Assembly: GCA_030390025.1 (NCBI GenBank)
Contig: CM059445.1
Coordinates: 12,028,001 to 12,092,000, forward strand
From: Squalus acanthias
Lineage: Eukaryota
Reading direction: 5' to 3'
DNA: 64,000 nt
Below are positions 61,195 through 64,000 of this stretch, one piece after another. A program made the position numbers and the translations under genes. The first letter of the stretch is position 1. Each line of letters opens with the position of its first letter. The notes beneath the pieces were generated by a model. It worked only from the letters and a program-made list of their open reading frames with translations. It had not been told where the DNA came from and did no database searches.

Positions 61195-64000
61195 AAAACT
61201 AGAAAATTAAAAAGTAATATAAGGGTTAAGTCATGGCAGTAGAGCTCGGACCTGTGTCATGCTCCTCCTGTAACATGTGGGAAATCAGGGACGCTTCCTG
61301 TGTCCCTGACAACCATGTGTGCGGGAAGTGTGTCCAGCTGCAGCTCATGTGGGACCGCATGACGGCCCTTGAGCTGCGGATGGACTCACTTTGGAGCATC
61401 CACGATTCTGAGAGGGTTGTGGATAGCACATTTAGTGAGTTGGTCACACCGCAGGTTAAGGCCAGCGTAGATAGTACATGGGTGACCAAAAGGCAGAGCA
61501 AGGGCAGGAAGGTAGTGCAGAAATCCCCTGGGGTTGTCTCCCTTAGCAACAGGTTCACCGCCTTAGGTGCTGTTGTCGGGGGGGATGACTCATCGGGGGA
61601 AGGCACCAGCAGCCAGGCTCATGGCACCATGACTGGCTCTGTTGCAAAGAAGGGAGGGAAAAAGAGTGGCAGGGCTATAGTAATAGGGGATTCGATTGTA
61701 AGGGGAATAGATAGGGGTTTCTGTGGTCGCGACCGAGACTCCAGGATGGTATGTTGCCTCCCTGGTGCAAGGGTCAAGGATGTCTCGGCGCGGGTGCAGA
61801 ACATTCTGGAAGGGGAGGGGGAACAGCCAGTTGTCGTGATACATGTTGGTACCAACGACGTAGCTAAAAAAAGGGAAGAGGTCCTACAAGTAGAATTTAG
61901 GGAGTTAGGAGCCAAGCTAAAAAGTAGGACCTCGAAGGTAGTAATCTCTGGATTACTACCAGTGCCACGTGCTAGTAAGAGTACAGAGAACAGGATAGTT
62001 AGGCTAAATACGTGGCTTGAGCAGTGGTGTAAGAGGGAGGGTTTTAAATTTTTGAGGCATTGGAACCAGTTTTGTGGTAGGTGTGACCTATACAAAAGGG
62101 ACGGTCTACACCTGTGCAAAGATGGAACTGATGTTCTCGGGGTAATTTTTGATAAAGCAGTTCGGGAGCATTTAAACTAGTATGGCAGGGGGCTAGAAAC
62201 CTATGTAGTGAAATAGAGGAAAGTGAAAGGCAGACAGAAATAAATGGTAAAAGGGTGAGGAACAAAAAACAAAGGGCCAAACTAATTCATAAAAAATGTG
62301 AGCATAAAAAAAGCCTGAGGGTTTTATACCTTAATGCGAGAAGCATCAGGAACAAGGTAGATGAATTAGCTGTGGAAATAGAGGTTAATAATTATGAACT
62401 AATTGGGATTACGGAAACATGGTTGCAGGGTGAGCAGGGCTGGGAGCTTAACATACAGGGGTATTCAGTATTTAGGAAGGATCGACAAAAAAGAAAGGGA
62501 GGAGGGGTAGCATTGCTGGTAAAAGAGGGGATAAATGCAATTGAAAGGAAGGATATTAACTCAGTTAATACAGAATCTATATGGGTGGAGCTAAGAAATA
62601 GCGAGGGGCGAAAAACATTAATAGGAGTGGTATATAGGCCTCCAAATAGTAAAATAAAGGTTGGGGAGGGCATCACGAGGGAAATTAGAGAAGCGTGCAA
62701 TAAGAGCACAGCTGTCATCATAGGTGACTTTAACTTACATATAGATTGGACTAGCCTAATCAGTAAAAATAATGAGGAGGAGGAATTCCTTGAGTGTTTA
62801 AGGGATGGTTATCTGGATCAATATGTCGAGGAACCAACTCGGGAACAGGCTATATTGGACTGGGTACTGTGCAATGAGAAGGGACTAATTAGTAATCTTG
62901 TTGTACGGGGACCCTTGGGTCAGAGCGATCATAACATGATCGATTTCTCACTCGAAATGGAGAGCGAAGAAATTGACTCAGAGACTAAGGTCCTGAATTT
63001 AAACAAGGGGAATTATGATGCCATTAGACGGGAACTGAGTAGGTCTGATTGGACAACATTCCTGGGAGGACTGGAGGTAGATAAACAATGGCAAGCATTT
63101 AAAGATAGAATGACAAAATTGCAAAAATTGTTTATACCAATCTGGCATAAAAGGAAATCTAAAAAGGTGACTCAACCGTGGATAACAGGGGAAATTAGAG
63201 ACAGCATAAAATCCAAAGATAGGGCGTATAAAATAGCCAAAAAAAGCGCCAGAGTGGAAGATTGGGAACAGTTTAAGATAGAGCAAAGGAGGACAAAGGG
63301 CTTAATCAAGAGGGGCAAAATAGCTTACGAAAGCAAGCTGGCGGAAAATATAAAAACTAACTCCAAAAGCTTTTATAAGTATATCAAGAGGAAAAGACTG
63401 GTGAAAACCAAAGTTGGTCCATTGCAGTCAGATACGGGGGAATATATAACGGGAAATAAGGAAATGGCAGACCAACTAAATGCATACTTTGGGTCAGTCT
63501 TTACGAAGGAAGACACAAAAAACCTCCCTGGGATATCGGGAAAAATAGGGACATTGGCAAAGGAGGAACTGACGCAAATCAATATCTCTAAGGATATGGT
63601 GTTAAGGAAGCTAAAGGGATTGAAGGCGGACAAATCCCCAGGCCTGATAACATGCATCCTAGGGTACTGAAGGAGGTGGCCCTAGAGATAGCGGATGCAC
63701 TAAGTATGATTTTTCAGAATTCATTAGACTCGGGAACAGTGCCCATGGATTGGAGGGTAGCTAACGTTACCCCACTATTCAAAAAGGGGGGTAGGGAAAA
63801 AGCAGGTAATTACAGACCTGTAAGCCTTACATCAGTTGTGGGCAAAATGCTGGAGTCCATCATTAAGGATGAAATAGCGGAGCACTTAGCAAATGGGGAC
63901 AGGATAGGACAGAGTCAACATGGATTTACAAAGGGTAAATCGTGCTTGACTAATCTATTGGAATTTTTTGAGGGAGTAACTGGTAAAATAGATGGGGGAG
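61195..64000 (+). mobile_element. Young CR1 LINE: intact ORF1 (61233-62180, 315 aa), ORF2 endonuclease-RT with one frameshift near 63640, runs off the window
   Basis: Zinc finger and esterase in ORF1; ORF2 frame open from 62171 to about 63640; a 1-nt loss at SPG-PD shifts the frame; QHGF follows. Confidence 0.95.

Overview
Repeat-rich vertebrate genomic DNA, almost certainly from a cartilaginous fish (shark), judged from HE1-type V-SINEs, SacSINE1-like Deu-SINEs and HER1/CR1 LINE tails. Most of the window is transposon-derived (CR1 LINEs, a second CR1/L2-group LINE, L2 relics, Penelope elements, PIF/Harbinger- and hAT-like MITEs, solo LTRs), and almost all listed ORFs are pieces or shadows of these. 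Two spliced host genes can be rebuilt by hand and lie tail-to-tail. (1) Plus strand: a Tctex-type dynein light chain (DYNLT4/5-like), coding exons 12137-12250 and 16160-16507, 153 aa. (2) Minus strand: a complete 433-aa type I immunoglobulin-superfamily receptor with 8 coding exons (47110 to 28377): leader, V, C1, C2/I, TM and three cytoplasmic exons. Its tail carries an ITAM-like motif split by an intron at the same position as in CD3/CD79/FcRgamma/DAP12, plus a YENI motif. Its C1 domain lacks the first canonical cysteine, and its start codon and 5' region are duplicated as a 158-bp inverted repeat. Secondary observations: covarying minimal hammerhead-ribozyme motifs in Penelope repeats, a conserved TTTAAAC slippery site at CR1 ORF1/ORF2 junctions, two Harbinger-like MITEs at the identical site of two different CR1 copies, and solo LTRs carrying CTCF-like motifs. 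All splice models come from reading the sequence and have no transcript support; repeat boundaries are approximate.
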